Below, piece by piece: positions 37,639-47,039 of a stretch of 64,000 bases of DNA (position 1 is the stretch's first letter; every line of letters begins with the position of its first letter). A program made the position numbers and the translations under genes. The notes under the pieces are model-generated. The model was not told the DNA's origin. It worked only from the letters and a program-made list of their open reading frames with translations, and made no database searches. Source of the DNA: Candidatus Eiseniibacteriota bacterium (lineage in GTDB: Bacteria > Eisenbacteria > RBG-16-71-46 > CAIMUX01 > WJJG01); contig JAGMBO010000032.1 in assembly GCA_023129715.1 (NCBI GenBank), forward strand, positions 22,057 to 86,056, read 5' to 3'.

Positions 37639-38901
37639 CTAGATCCCGGCCGGATGCTCGGTCTGCGCTGCGCCCTGGCGCAGCAGCGCCCCCGGGGGCA
37701 CGATGCCTCCCCGCGGCAGCACGGCGCCATCTTCCACCCGGGCGTTCTTGCCGACGAGCGCAATCCCGCGCTGCGAGACCGATCCAGGCGTGACAGGGCG
37801 CCCGGCCGGCTCGGCGAGGCCGGCAGTCGCACCGCGGCCGATGACCGCCCGCTTGTCGACGATCGCGGTCTGCAGATGGGCCCCCGGCATGATCACCACA
37901 CCGCTGAACAGAATGCAGGCGTCGACGACCGCTCCCCGTCCCACCTGGACCCCCGGCCCGAGCACGCTGTCGGTTACGCGCCCATCCAGCAGGCAGCCCT
38001 CGCTGATCAGCGAATTCTCGACTTGCGCCGAGGTGTGGATGATCGGTGGGATTTGACGGACGAGCGAGTTGTCGTTGTTGTTCGTCCGTACGACCCAGTC
38101 ATCGATGTCGATCTTGCCGGCCAACAGGTCCCGATGGGCTTCGTAGTAGGCGTCTACGGTGCGGGTGTAGGCCCAGTAGTCGTCGAAGATGTGTCCGTAG
38201 ACCTGATAGCGAGAGAGCATCGCCGGAATCACATCGCGGCCGAACTCGACCGAGTCGAGATCCTTCATCTCGGTGAGGATCGCTTCGAGCGGCTCCATGC
38301 TGAAGACGTAGATCGTCAAGGAGACGAGGTCCCCGGGGGGATCGGAGGGCCTTTCTTCGTAGGCGACAAGCCGCTGATCGGCATCGAGCACGCCGTAGCC
38401 GAAGCGGCGTCCCCCCTCGGGAATATGCTTGAAGGCGATCGTCAGATCCGCGTCCCGCTCGATATGCTCGAGGATCAGCTGGCGATAGTCCATCGAATAG
38501 ACATGATCGCCCGAGACGATCATCGCGATGTCGGTGTCGCGGCCGCGCAGGTAGCTGAGGTTCTGATAGACCGCGTCGGCGTTGCCCCGATACCAGTCGG
38601 TCGCCTCGGCCGCGTGGTAGGGAGGCAGGATCTTCGCACCCCGATCGAGACCGACGAAGTCCCAGCTCTCACCGACGCCGATGTGATCGATCAGCGAGGC
38701 GGGGCGGTATTGCGAGAGCACGCCGACATTGGTGATCCCGGCGCGGGCCATGTTGGAGAGGGCGAAATCGACGATGCGGAAGTGTCCGGCGAAGGGCAGG
38801 GCCGACTTGGGTCGTTCGAGCGTCAGCACAGAAAGCTCGCCGACGCGGCCGCCTGCGAGGATCATGCCCGTCGTCCGGGGAAGTTTGATCCGGGATAGCA
38901 T
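37639..38901 (-). CDS. glgD: GlgC paralog with degenerate G-loop (GlgD-like regulatory subunit of ADP-glucose pyrophosphorylase).
   Basis: MILAGGRVGELSVLTLERPKSALPFAGHFRIVDFALSN (GGRVGEL instead of GGxGSRL). About 35% identity by eye to the upstream GlgC. Confidence 0.7.
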   Translation of the reverse strand: MLSRIKLPRTTGMILAGGRVGELSVLTLERPKSALPFAGHFRIVDFALSNMARAGITNVGVLSQYRPASLIDHIGVGESWDFVGLDRGAKILPPYHAAEATDWYRGNADAVYQNLSYLRGRDTDIAMIVSGDHVYSMDYRQLILEHIERDADLTIAFKHIPEGGRRFGYGVLDADQRLVAYEERPSDPPGDLVSLTIYVFSMEPLEAILTEMKDLDSVEFGRDVIPAMLSRYQVYGHIFDDYWAYTRTVDAYYEAHRDLLAGKIDIDDWVVRTNNNDNSLVRQIPPIIHTSAQVENSLISEGCLLDGRVTDSVLGPGVQVGRGAVVDACILFSGVVIMPGAHLQTAIVDKRAVIGRGATAGLAEPAGRPVTPGSVSQRGIALVGKNARVEDGAVLPRGGIVPPGALLRQGAAQTEHPAGI

Positions 38902-39151
38902 GCCCGGGCTCGGGCCTCCTCTGACACCACCGACCCCATGTCGGCATGGCGCATCATCTTATATCACAATACTTTCCGCTTAGCGACCCATTGTCAATTG
39001 TTTCTTTGCTCGCCCGTGAGCTCCCTTGAGGGGCTGACAGAGAGTTGCCGTCCGACGCTTCCGGGCCTACACTGATTCGGGCACGCCCACTTTGAGGGTT
39101 CATCCCGTGACCTTGGGGATCGACAGAGATGAGATTGTCCTTGGGGCCCCG

Positions 39152-40741
39152 ATGAAGATCAGTTCCTTCTCGATCTGCGTTCTCCTGATCTCCCTGGCGA
39201 CCTGTACCGACGACAGCACCAAGCCCGCGACCGACAGCACGCCGCCGGCTGCGATTGATGATCTCGCGATTCAAGACAGCACCGGCAATGCGGTGACACT
39301 GACCTGGACCGCTCCCGGGGACGACGGCACCGAGGACCAGGCCGCGCGCTACGATCTGCGTTGTTCGATGAGCCTGCTGACTGAGGAGGGGTGGGACACA
39401 GCGACCGTCGCGGACTCGTCTCTCGTGCCTAGGGCTGCGGGCCTCGTGGAGACGCTGACCGTTGTGGACCTCAATGACGGCACCTGGTACTTCGGGCTGA
39501 AAGCCGCCGATGAGGTTCCGAACTGGTCGGCGATCTCGAATGTGGTCAGTACGACGTTGTTGGATACCATCCCTCCGGACCAAGTGACTGACCTGGCCGT
39601 CGTATCGGTGACGGCATCCAGCGTAGGGCTGTCTTGGACCACGCCGGGCGACGACGGCCAGATTGGCGTGGCATCCGAGTACGATTTCCGCTACGCGCTG
39701 GTTCCGATCACCGAGGAGACCTGGGACAGCGCCCTGCGGGTTCAGGATGTGCCTGTACCCAGCCCTGCCGGTACTGCGGAGTTCTCCACGGTCACGGGTT
39801 TGGAGCAAGACACCGGCTACTTTTTCGCCCTCAAGACCATCGACAATGCGGACAATGAATCGACGCTGTCGAATGTATTGAGCCATTCGACCGCGAGTCT
39901 GGAGCAGCTCACCTTCAGCCCGGCGTGCGAATCTCCGGCGTGCAGAACCGTCCTGGAGGCAGACTGGTCTCCAGACGGGCTGACCATCGCATTCTCAGCC
40001 CCATGGGAGGAGGGGTTCGTCCATGGGGAACTCTATCTGATCTCCGTAGACGGAGGATCAGCTGTGCGCCTGACTGATGAGCCGGACTACGCTCGTTTCC
40101 CCTCCTGGTCGCCTGACGGAACGCAGCTTGTCTTTGTCTCCCCCCGCGCAATCAATATCGATACGATCTGGATCATGGATGCGGTTTCGGGCGGAAGCTC
40201 TACGGCGGTGGTTTCCGGAAGTTCGTCGGAAACATTGGCGGGTTGCGTCTGGTCGCCGGACGGAAGTCGTATTGCATACAGCGTCACTGCGTGGTTCGCC
40301 CAGACCATCGTGGCTTGCGATATCTACACAATTGACCTGCAAGGCGGGAACCCGAACCTCGTCCTCCATGACACGGAGTGGATCATAGGACTGGATTGGT
40401 CTCCGGACGGGTCACAGATCGTCTTCAGCTCTGCCCGCAGAGGGAATTACGATATCTGGGTCGTCCCCGCGACTGGCGGGACACCGGTCCGTTTGACGAG
40501 CGATCCTGCCGATGATTCATCCCCGGTCTGGTCTCCCGATGGTAACCGAATCGCGTTTGCATCTCTCCGTACGGGGAATAGCGAGATCTGGCTCATGAGT
40601 TCGACGGGGGAAGATCCGACGCAGCTGACCTTCGGACCCGGGAGTGAGGATGGACCATCCTGGTCTCCCGATGGCAAGGGAATCGCATTCCGGAGCCTCC
40701 AGGATTACATCGGCGACATCTGGCTTCTGCGTTGGGATTGA
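39152..40741 (+). CDS. Lipoprotein with two fibronectin type-III domains followed by a TolB-like PD40 beta-propeller.
   Basis: Lipobox LISLATC. FN3-like segments (AVTLTWTAPGDDG..., VGLSWTTPGDDGQ...). Repeated WSPDG...IAF / DIW PD40 motifs, 7 or more. Confidence 0.75.
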   Translation: MKISSFSICVLLISLATCTDDSTKPATDSTPPAAIDDLAIQDSTGNAVTLTWTAPGDDGTEDQAARYDLRCSMSLLTEEGWDTATVADSSLVPRAAGLVETLTVVDLNDGTWYFGLKAADEVPNWSAISNVVSTTLLDTIPPDQVTDLAVVSVTASSVGLSWTTPGDDGQIGVASEYDFRYALVPITEETWDSALRVQDVPVPSPAGTAEFSTVTGLEQDTGYFFALKTIDNADNESTLSNVLSHSTASLEQLTFSPACESPACRTVLEADWSPDGLTIAFSAPWEEGFVHGELYLISVDGGSAVRLTDEPDYARFPSWSPDGTQLVFVSPRAINIDTIWIMDAVSGGSSTAVVSGSSSETLAGCVWSPDGSRIAYSVTAWFAQTIVACDIYTIDLQGGNPNLVLHDTEWIIGLDWSPDGSQIVFSSARRGNYDIWVVPATGGTPVRLTSDPADDSSPVWSPDGNRIAFASLRTGNSEIWLMSSTGEDPTQLTFGPGSEDGPSWSPDGKGIAFRSLQDYIGDIWLLRWD

Positions 40742-40861
40742 GCTGCTTTTCAGAGGGTCGCCTTGACCGCCGCGAGCTCGACACGATATAATTGCATGTG
40801 GACGGCGTCTCATGCGTGGTGCAGCCATTGCCCCATCATCCTTGGTCAAGGAGGCCTCCCC

Positions 40862-43333
40862 ATGTCCAGGCTTCTCTTCCCACCGACAGTGTTCTGCGTT
40901 CTGCTCTGTAGTGTCCTTTCCGCTCCCGCCGACGCCGGGCTGATCGACCTCTCCGGCTACCATTTCGAGACGGCCGCGGGTGAGCCGTGCCTGCCCGACG
41001 AGCTGCGGCGGGTGGCGCCTTCCGCGGGAGGCTATGGCTACTACATCGCCCAGGCCGATGGGCCGGTGACGGCGGCCTGGACACGGGCGCTGGAGGAGGC
41101 GGGAGCCGTCCTCCATGGCTATGTGCCCGAATTCGCCTACCTCGTCGGCATGGGCGATGTGGCCCGCCAACGAGTCAGCGCGCTTCCCGGGACTTTCTGG
41201 GTCGGGAACTACCATCCAGCCTACGCGATCTCGCCGGGGCTCGCCGCGCAGCGCCGGGGGCCTCGAGTCCCGGACATCGACGGCGCAGATCCGGGTGAGG
41301 GCGCCGCCCGCAGCGAGTCGGCGGCGTTCGGCGCGGAGGCTATGCTGCCGCTGCGCGTGAGAGTCTTCGGCGACTTGAACGCCGAGCAGTCGGCGGCCCT
41401 CATCGAGGCGATCGAGGCACTCGGGGCCGAGATCCTCGGGACGACCGATGATGGGTTCTCGCGACGCCTTCTGCTGCGCGCCTCTCTCGAGCGGATCGAC
41501 GAACTGGCACGGATCATCGGCGTCCGTTGGATCGAGGAGGTTCCGCAGTATGTTCTGCACAACACGACCACCTGCTGGGTCGTCCAATCGAACACGGAGG
41601 GAGCGACGCCGCTTTGGGATCGCGGACTGCACGGCGAGCAGCAGATCGTCACGATGATGGACAGCGGGCTCGACTATAACAGCTGCTGGTTTCGGGACAC
41701 CGGTGGGGCGCCCCCGGGGCCGACGCATCGCAAGGTGATCGACTATGCCGTTGCCGGCGACGGCGTGGCCTTTGATGGCTGCGAGGATGGGCACGGCACC
41801 CACGTTGCCGGCACCCTGTGTGGCGATCAATCGTTCATCAACCCAGGGAACCTCGATGCCAACGGCATGGCCTATGCCGCTTGGTTGACCGTGCAGGACA
41901 TCGGCGTCGACGACGAAGATGCCTGCACCTCGGGCGCGGTGGTGCCCCCCGCGTCCCTGGTCGAGGCCTTTGAGGAGAGCCACGCATTGGGCGCGCGGAT
42001 CCACACCAATAGCTGGGGCAGCGTCACGCATGCCTACACCGGCTACAGCGTCGATGTCGACTACGCGATGTGGACTCACCCTGATTTCCTGATCTGCTTT
42101 GCCGCCGGGAACTACGGACCACTGCTGCACAGCGTCGGCGCACCGGGGACGGCGAAGAACTGCGTTACGGTGGGGGCGTGCCTGCGGGCTCCTAGCCAGG
42201 ATAACATCGCCGCCTACTCGAGCCGAGGTCCGGCGTCGGTCACCGATACCCGCCGGAAGCCGACCGTGCTGGCGCCGGGTGGCGGAGTCGGCAACGCGAT
42301 CATCTCAGCGGACAACGACATCGGCAATCCTCCCGTGGCTACTTGTCAGACCGCTCGGAGCGGGTTCTATGGCACGTCGATGGCAACGCCGGCGGTGGCC
42401 GGCATGGCGGCTCTCGTGCGGCAGTACTTCGAGTCCGGCTTCTACCCGGGCGGCATGTACGGAGGCGACGCCCCGTTGGTCCCGAGCGCGGCTCTCGTGA
42501 AGGCGATCCTGATCGCCAGTGCGAGGGACACCGGATTCCTCAATATTCCAAACGACAACGAGGGTTGGGGACGGATCCTCGTCGATGAGGCGCTCTACTT
42601 CGCCGGCGATACGCGCGAGGTCTTCGCGGTCGACCGCTCGCCCGGCCTGCTGACCGGCCAGTCGGACGCTTTCGATATCGAGATCGAATCCCCCGCTGAG
42701 GTGCTGACGGTCACGCTTGTCTGGACCGACTATCCCGGCACTGAGGGACCGGGGGTCAAGCTGGTCAACGATCTCGACCTCCGCGTGACCGCTCCCGATG
42801 CGACCGAGTACAAGGGCAACGTTTTCAGCGGAGGATCCTCGAGCGCCGACGGTGCCTACGATCGGTTGAATGTCGAAGAGTGCGTGCGTCTCCCCAACCC
42901 CGCCCCCGGTTCCTATGAGGTCACCGTGAGCGGCTACAACGTGCCCCAGGGGCCTCAGCCCTACGCCTTGGTGGTCAACGGGGCGATCGCCGACTTCCCG
43001 CCGCTCCCGCCGGCCGGCCAGGACGATGTCGCGGTGGATCCCGCCGCGCTTGCGGCCCCCCGGGTGACCGCGCGGCCCACGCCCGCCCCCGGTTGGGTGA
43101 CGCTGCACTACACCGTGCCTGCCGGACATGCCGGGATGGTGGTCCTCGAGATCCTCGACGGGTCAGGCCGGCTCGTGCGCCGCCTCATCGAGAAGGGGCA
43201 GCGCGGGGGCACCTACACCGCCAGCTGGGATGGTCGGGATGCGCGGGGCGCCCGCGTTGCCGAGGGGGTCTACTTCGCCCGGCTCGCAGCGGGTGACCAG
43301 AAAGTCACGGGCAAGCTAGTGCTGAGCCACTAG
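40862..43333 (+). CDS. Subtilisin-like serine protease (S8 family) with signal peptide and T9SS-type CTD.
   Basis: Catalytic triad contexts VTMMDSGLD, HGTHVAGTL and GTSMATPAVAGMAALV. RBS AAGGAGG. C-terminal ...VVLEILDGSGRLVRRL...WDGRDARGARVAEGVYFARL. Confidence 0.85.
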   Translation: MSRLLFPPTVFCVLLCSVLSAPADAGLIDLSGYHFETAAGEPCLPDELRRVAPSAGGYGYYIAQADGPVTAAWTRALEEAGAVLHGYVPEFAYLVGMGDVARQRVSALPGTFWVGNYHPAYAISPGLAAQRRGPRVPDIDGADPGEGAARSESAAFGAEAMLPLRVRVFGDLNAEQSAALIEAIEALGAEILGTTDDGFSRRLLLRASLERIDELARIIGVRWIEEVPQYVLHNTTTCWVVQSNTEGATPLWDRGLHGEQQIVTMMDSGLDYNSCWFRDTGGAPPGPTHRKVIDYAVAGDGVAFDGCEDGHGTHVAGTLCGDQSFINPGNLDANGMAYAAWLTVQDIGVDDEDACTSGAVVPPASLVEAFEESHALGARIHTNSWGSVTHAYTGYSVDVDYAMWTHPDFLICFAAGNYGPLLHSVGAPGTAKNCVTVGACLRAPSQDNIAAYSSRGPASVTDTRRKPTVLAPGGGVGNAIISADNDIGNPPVATCQTARSGFYGTSMATPAVAGMAALVRQYFESGFYPGGMYGGDAPLVPSAALVKAILIASARDTGFLNIPNDNEGWGRILVDEALYFAGDTREVFAVDRSPGLLTGQSDAFDIEIESPAEVLTVTLVWTDYPGTEGPGVKLVNDLDLRVTAPDATEYKGNVFSGGSSSADGAYDRLNVEECVRLPNPAPGSYEVTVSGYNVPQGPQPYALVVNGAIADFPPLPPAGQDDVAVDPAALAAPRVTARPTPAPGWVTLHYTVPAGHAGMVVLEILDGSGRLVRRLIEKGQRGGTYTASWDGRDARGARVAEGVYFARLAAGDQKVTGKLVLSH

Positions 43334-43603
43334 TTTCCCCTCGCCGCTGAGCGCGGGCCGTGGCGTCCCTGGCCGTTCTGGGGGAACCGGATGCTCATCC
43401 CGCAACCCTCGGGCTGCGTAACCTGCGCGGCCCCTTCCCGCGTAATCTCTGCCCGGGGGGCGCACAATTGGTGCCAACCCTTCCCCCGATTCCGTGTCTG
43501 TGAGGGCACAGTAGCGGCACGGCGGGGGTGGAGAACGCACGCAGCGGAAGGCTGCGTGCTCCTCCACCTCCGGCCGCGGAAGGCCGTGAATAGCGTCCGC
43601 TTC

Positions 43604-46549
43604 CTACTGTGTCAGCAGGATCTTGGTGGTCTGATTCGTCCGCCCCGCGCGGAGCCGGGCGAAGTAGATGCCCGCCTCCAGCGCCTTGCCCTGATCATCC
43701 ACCCCGTGCCATGAGACCTCATGCGTCCCCGCTCCCAGCGGCCCATTCATGAGCGTCGCCACGCGGCGGCCGTCGATCGAGTAGATGCTCAGTTGCAGAT
43801 CCCGCGCTTCGCGCAGCTCAAAGCGAAGCGCTGTGTTGGGACTTGCCGGATTGGGGTAGCTTGCCAACCGCGCCAGGCCGAGCTGCCCCGGCAGATCGGG
43901 CGACACGCTACTGGAGTAGGTATAGGTGATCTCAAGATAGGGTCGTCCGTATTCACTATACTCGCTGGCCTTGATTCCGGTGCGCGTTGCCGAGTCGTTG
44001 ACCAGCAGCACCCCGAGATTGTCGCTGGACTGATTGGCCCACTCCTGGACGAGATCGGTGATGTCGAATTCAGGATAGTAGGCCGCATTGGGAATGAGCG
44101 AACTGTCCAGCAGCACGGGATCATGGGTCCCGCCCGGGATCGTCCACGCGATATCACCTTCCAGATCACCGCTCCGTACATTCCAGCTGGCACAGCCCTC
44201 CTGATAGGAGCCGTCGGCGGTCCCCTCTTGCCACTCCTCGGTGAGACGGTACAGGTCGAGGTACTGGCCTTCCTCCCAGGAACTCACTGTCCAGCAGTAG
44301 AAGCCGATTCTCGCCTCGACAATGATCATGCCCATGACCTCCACGGGCAGATCAAAGGCGATCGCGAAATTGCACTTCGGGTCGTTCTCTACGTAGTTAT
44401 AGAGATCTCCCCCATAGTTGTACGTAGGGTACTGCGCGTCGAGGTAGGCATCCCGGCAACCATCATAGCCATCCACGCTCTGCTTCAGGACGACGAAATA
44501 GGTCTCCTCAGCAACGTACTCGGACGTTTGATTCGAATAGTCTGAATCGCCGAAATTGTTGTGGGCCTTGACCCGATAGGCGTAGGTGTGCTCGGGTGCC
44601 AGACCGGCATCAAGGTAGTCCTCCGTATCGGCCGGAAGCGTTGCCCAGACGCCGAAGTCGCCACCATCAACGGAACGTTCGAGAATGAAGCTCTCTTCGT
44701 TGGTGCTCTGATCAGTCCACGTAAGAGAGATATCGTAGCCATTCAACTTCGAGGCCAAGTCCGTCGGCGCGGCGGGGGCGGACTGAGAAATCACCGCTGA
44801 GGCTTCATTGGATGGATTGGACTGCCCATGCGCATTCGCGGCGACTACCCGGTAGGTGTAGGTCCCGTTCGGCAGGGGACCGCCTCCCAAGTTGTCGTCG
44901 AGATAGATGGCGATATCGGGCCCGACTGTATCGTAGCTGTCGTTCCACGCCCCGCCGTCCACCTGTCGCTGGATGATGAATTCATCCTCGCTATCGGCAT
45001 TATCAATCCAAGTAAGGGTAACTGTGCCCGCGGGGGAGTCGCCTTCGGCCGCCAGATCGGAGGGCGCCGGCGGGATATCGACAATGGCCGCCGCCGCCTC
45101 ATTCGACGCTGGTGATGGTCCGAAGTCATTGTAGGCCACAATGCGGTAGGTATAGGTATCCGGCGCCAGATCAGGATCGACATAGGCGGTCGCATCCTCC
45201 GGCAGCGTATCATCGTAGGCATCATCCCACGGCCCGGTACCGACGCGGCGCTGGACGATGTAGCCATCTTCGTTACTGGCGTTGTCGACCCAGGTGAGCG
45301 AGATAGTCCGATCCTGGGAGTCGGCGATCGCCGCCAAGTCCGTCGGGGCCGCCGGCGGCTCCGCGCTGGTCATCACGGCAGTGGCGGTATTGGAAGGTGC
45401 CGAATCGCAGGGGTTGCCGGTTCCATCGTCATTGAGATGGGCCACCACCCGGTAGCTGTAGGTTCCGAGCGCAAGGCCCGCATCCACATAGGTGGTTACG
45501 TCCGGGCCGACAGTGTCGAAGCCATCGTCCCACGCACCGCCATTGACCTGCCGCTGGATGATGAAACTGTCTTCATTGGTCGCGCCCGAGTTGTCCGTCC
45601 AATTGAGGGTGATCTCCTGAGCCAGGGGATCCGCATCGGCGGTCAAGTCGGAAGGCGACTCCACGCACTGATTCCACCCCGCCAGCGTAGCCCACAGCCA
45701 CCAGGCGGCATAGCCCTTGAGGTTGCCATTCAAGTGCTGGCTATGCGCTGCGCCCGAGGGCCACCAGTCAACACCCTCATCATGCGAGCCCTGCCAGTCC
45801 AACGCCCAGTTGCGATCGCGGCTGCCATTGCCATCGCTGTCATAGGCGCAATTGTCGTTGCAGAGCAGCGGCATGTAATTGACGAGGTGATCGGGATCGT
45901 AGCTCTCGATGTCCGCGAAATCGTAGAGAATACGATCATAAGTGATGCAGTGATTGCGAATGTGCTCATTGGCCAAATTGAGTATGCTCGTCTCTCCGCC
46001 GCCGTCTAGGTGCCCCGTCATGAAGACGAAAGCCACATCGGGGTAGTCGGTGATGAGGCCTTCCATGAGGTTGAGATAGATGTCGATGTTGGCGATGCTT
46101 GTCGAGGCCTGACCACACCAAGACCAAATGATGACATTGCAGTCGGGATGACCGGCTAGGTAGTTGCGGGTTGCGACCTCCCAGGCATATCTGTCCGGGT
46201 TACCGAGATCACTGGCTCCGCTGAAGGGGGTGTCTCGCAGATCAAGCGCGCCTCCGGTACCGCCGCCATTCCACAGATACATATCGGGTGTGGCGCCATT
46301 GTTGGTCATGAACGTATCCAGCTGATCCCCCTGATTGGTACCCATGCCGGAGATGATCTGGCTGCCGTGCGATGTGTGCCCATAGGCGATGTGCAGCGTG
46401 GCCTTGGCCTGTTCAATGGCTGAGTCGGGAATTTGCCAGATGTCGGCAGTGGTGTGATCAACGATGGTCGCAGAAGAGGCCGGTGCGACTACGGCCATCG
46501 CCAAGCCAAGGACAATGATTAAAGTCTGCGCAATAGATGCTGATTGCAT
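43604..46549 (-). CDS. Large secreted protein: N-terminal putative hydrolase domain, four tandem FN3-like repeats (about 95 aa), a C-terminal beta-rich domain and a T9SS-type CTD.
   Basis: Signal peptide MQSASIAQTLIIVLGLAMAVVAPASS. Repeats ...LTWTDNSGATNEDSFIIQRQVNGGAWDDGFDTVGPDVTTYVD...YRVVA x4. C-terminal ...LQLSIYSIDGRRVATL...WHGVDDQGKALEAGIYFARL. Confidence 0.75.
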   Translation of the reverse strand: MQSASIAQTLIIVLGLAMAVVAPASSATIVDHTTADIWQIPDSAIEQAKATLHIAYGHTSHGSQIISGMGTNQGDQLDTFMTNNGATPDMYLWNGGGTGGALDLRDTPFSGASDLGNPDRYAWEVATRNYLAGHPDCNVIIWSWCGQASTSIANIDIYLNLMEGLITDYPDVAFVFMTGHLDGGGETSILNLANEHIRNHCITYDRILYDFADIESYDPDHLVNYMPLLCNDNCAYDSDGNGSRDRNWALDWQGSHDEGVDWWPSGAAHSQHLNGNLKGYAAWWLWATLAGWNQCVESPSDLTADADPLAQEITLNWTDNSGATNEDSFIIQRQVNGGAWDDGFDTVGPDVTTYVDAGLALGTYSYRVVAHLNDDGTGNPCDSAPSNTATAVMTSAEPPAAPTDLAAIADSQDRTISLTWVDNASNEDGYIVQRRVGTGPWDDAYDDTLPEDATAYVDPDLAPDTYTYRIVAYNDFGPSPASNEAAAAIVDIPPAPSDLAAEGDSPAGTVTLTWIDNADSEDEFIIQRQVDGGAWNDSYDTVGPDIAIYLDDNLGGGPLPNGTYTYRVVAANAHGQSNPSNEASAVISQSAPAAPTDLASKLNGYDISLTWTDQSTNEESFILERSVDGGDFGVWATLPADTEDYLDAGLAPEHTYAYRVKAHNNFGDSDYSNQTSEYVAEETYFVVLKQSVDGYDGCRDAYLDAQYPTYNYGGDLYNYVENDPKCNFAIAFDLPVEVMGMIIVEARIGFYCWTVSSWEEGQYLDLYRLTEEWQEGTADGSYQEGCASWNVRSGDLEGDIAWTIPGGTHDPVLLDSSLIPNAAYYPEFDITDLVQEWANQSSDNLGVLLVNDSATRTGIKASEYSEYGRPYLEITYTYSSSVSPDLPGQLGLARLASYPNPASPNTALRFELREARDLQLSIYSIDGRRVATLMNGPLGAGTHEVSWHGVDDQGKALEAGIYFARLRAGRTNQTTKILLTQ

Positions 46550-47039
46550 ATTGTCTGCCCCTTTTCATGTTTCTTGCCTGTCGGGACCCAATGATCCGGA
46601 ACTGATGCAACCGGGCAAGCTCAATGAAGTGGCCACTTGGCGTAACACAATAGCATGTTCCGGGGGACCTCTGGGGTGCGATTGCCCCCACGATGTCCGA
46701 TGGATGAGTCCCCCAGATCCTATCGGTGCGGTCTGCAATGGCGGTTCCCCTGACATTTCACTGCGCTAATCATCTCTGCGGTGGGACTGCAGGAATTCGG
46801 GGGATGTGTTTGCCCCCAAGAGCGTCGTCGAAGTAGGTGATTCCAAGACCGAGGAAGTCTGGCTGCGTTCCTCGCGGATAGTATCGGCACGAGTCGCATG
46901 CGGCTCAAGGTCCGGCACGTAAATGTGCATGATTGGTGCTGTGCGGCTACTGGCCCCGACAACTGGCGCGCCGTGCCTCGCCCGCGGCCGGGTCACAAAC
47001 TCGGTGTGCAAAAGGCGAACTGGCGTGCAGAATGGTGCG

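Noticed and set aside
38954-39886. 310-aa minus-strand ORF, and the 537-aa ORF at 40517..42130
   Set aside because: They are antisense to the FN3/TolB lipoprotein and S8 protease genes, which have signal peptides, RBSs and catalytic motifs. They are low-complexity and lack an RBS.
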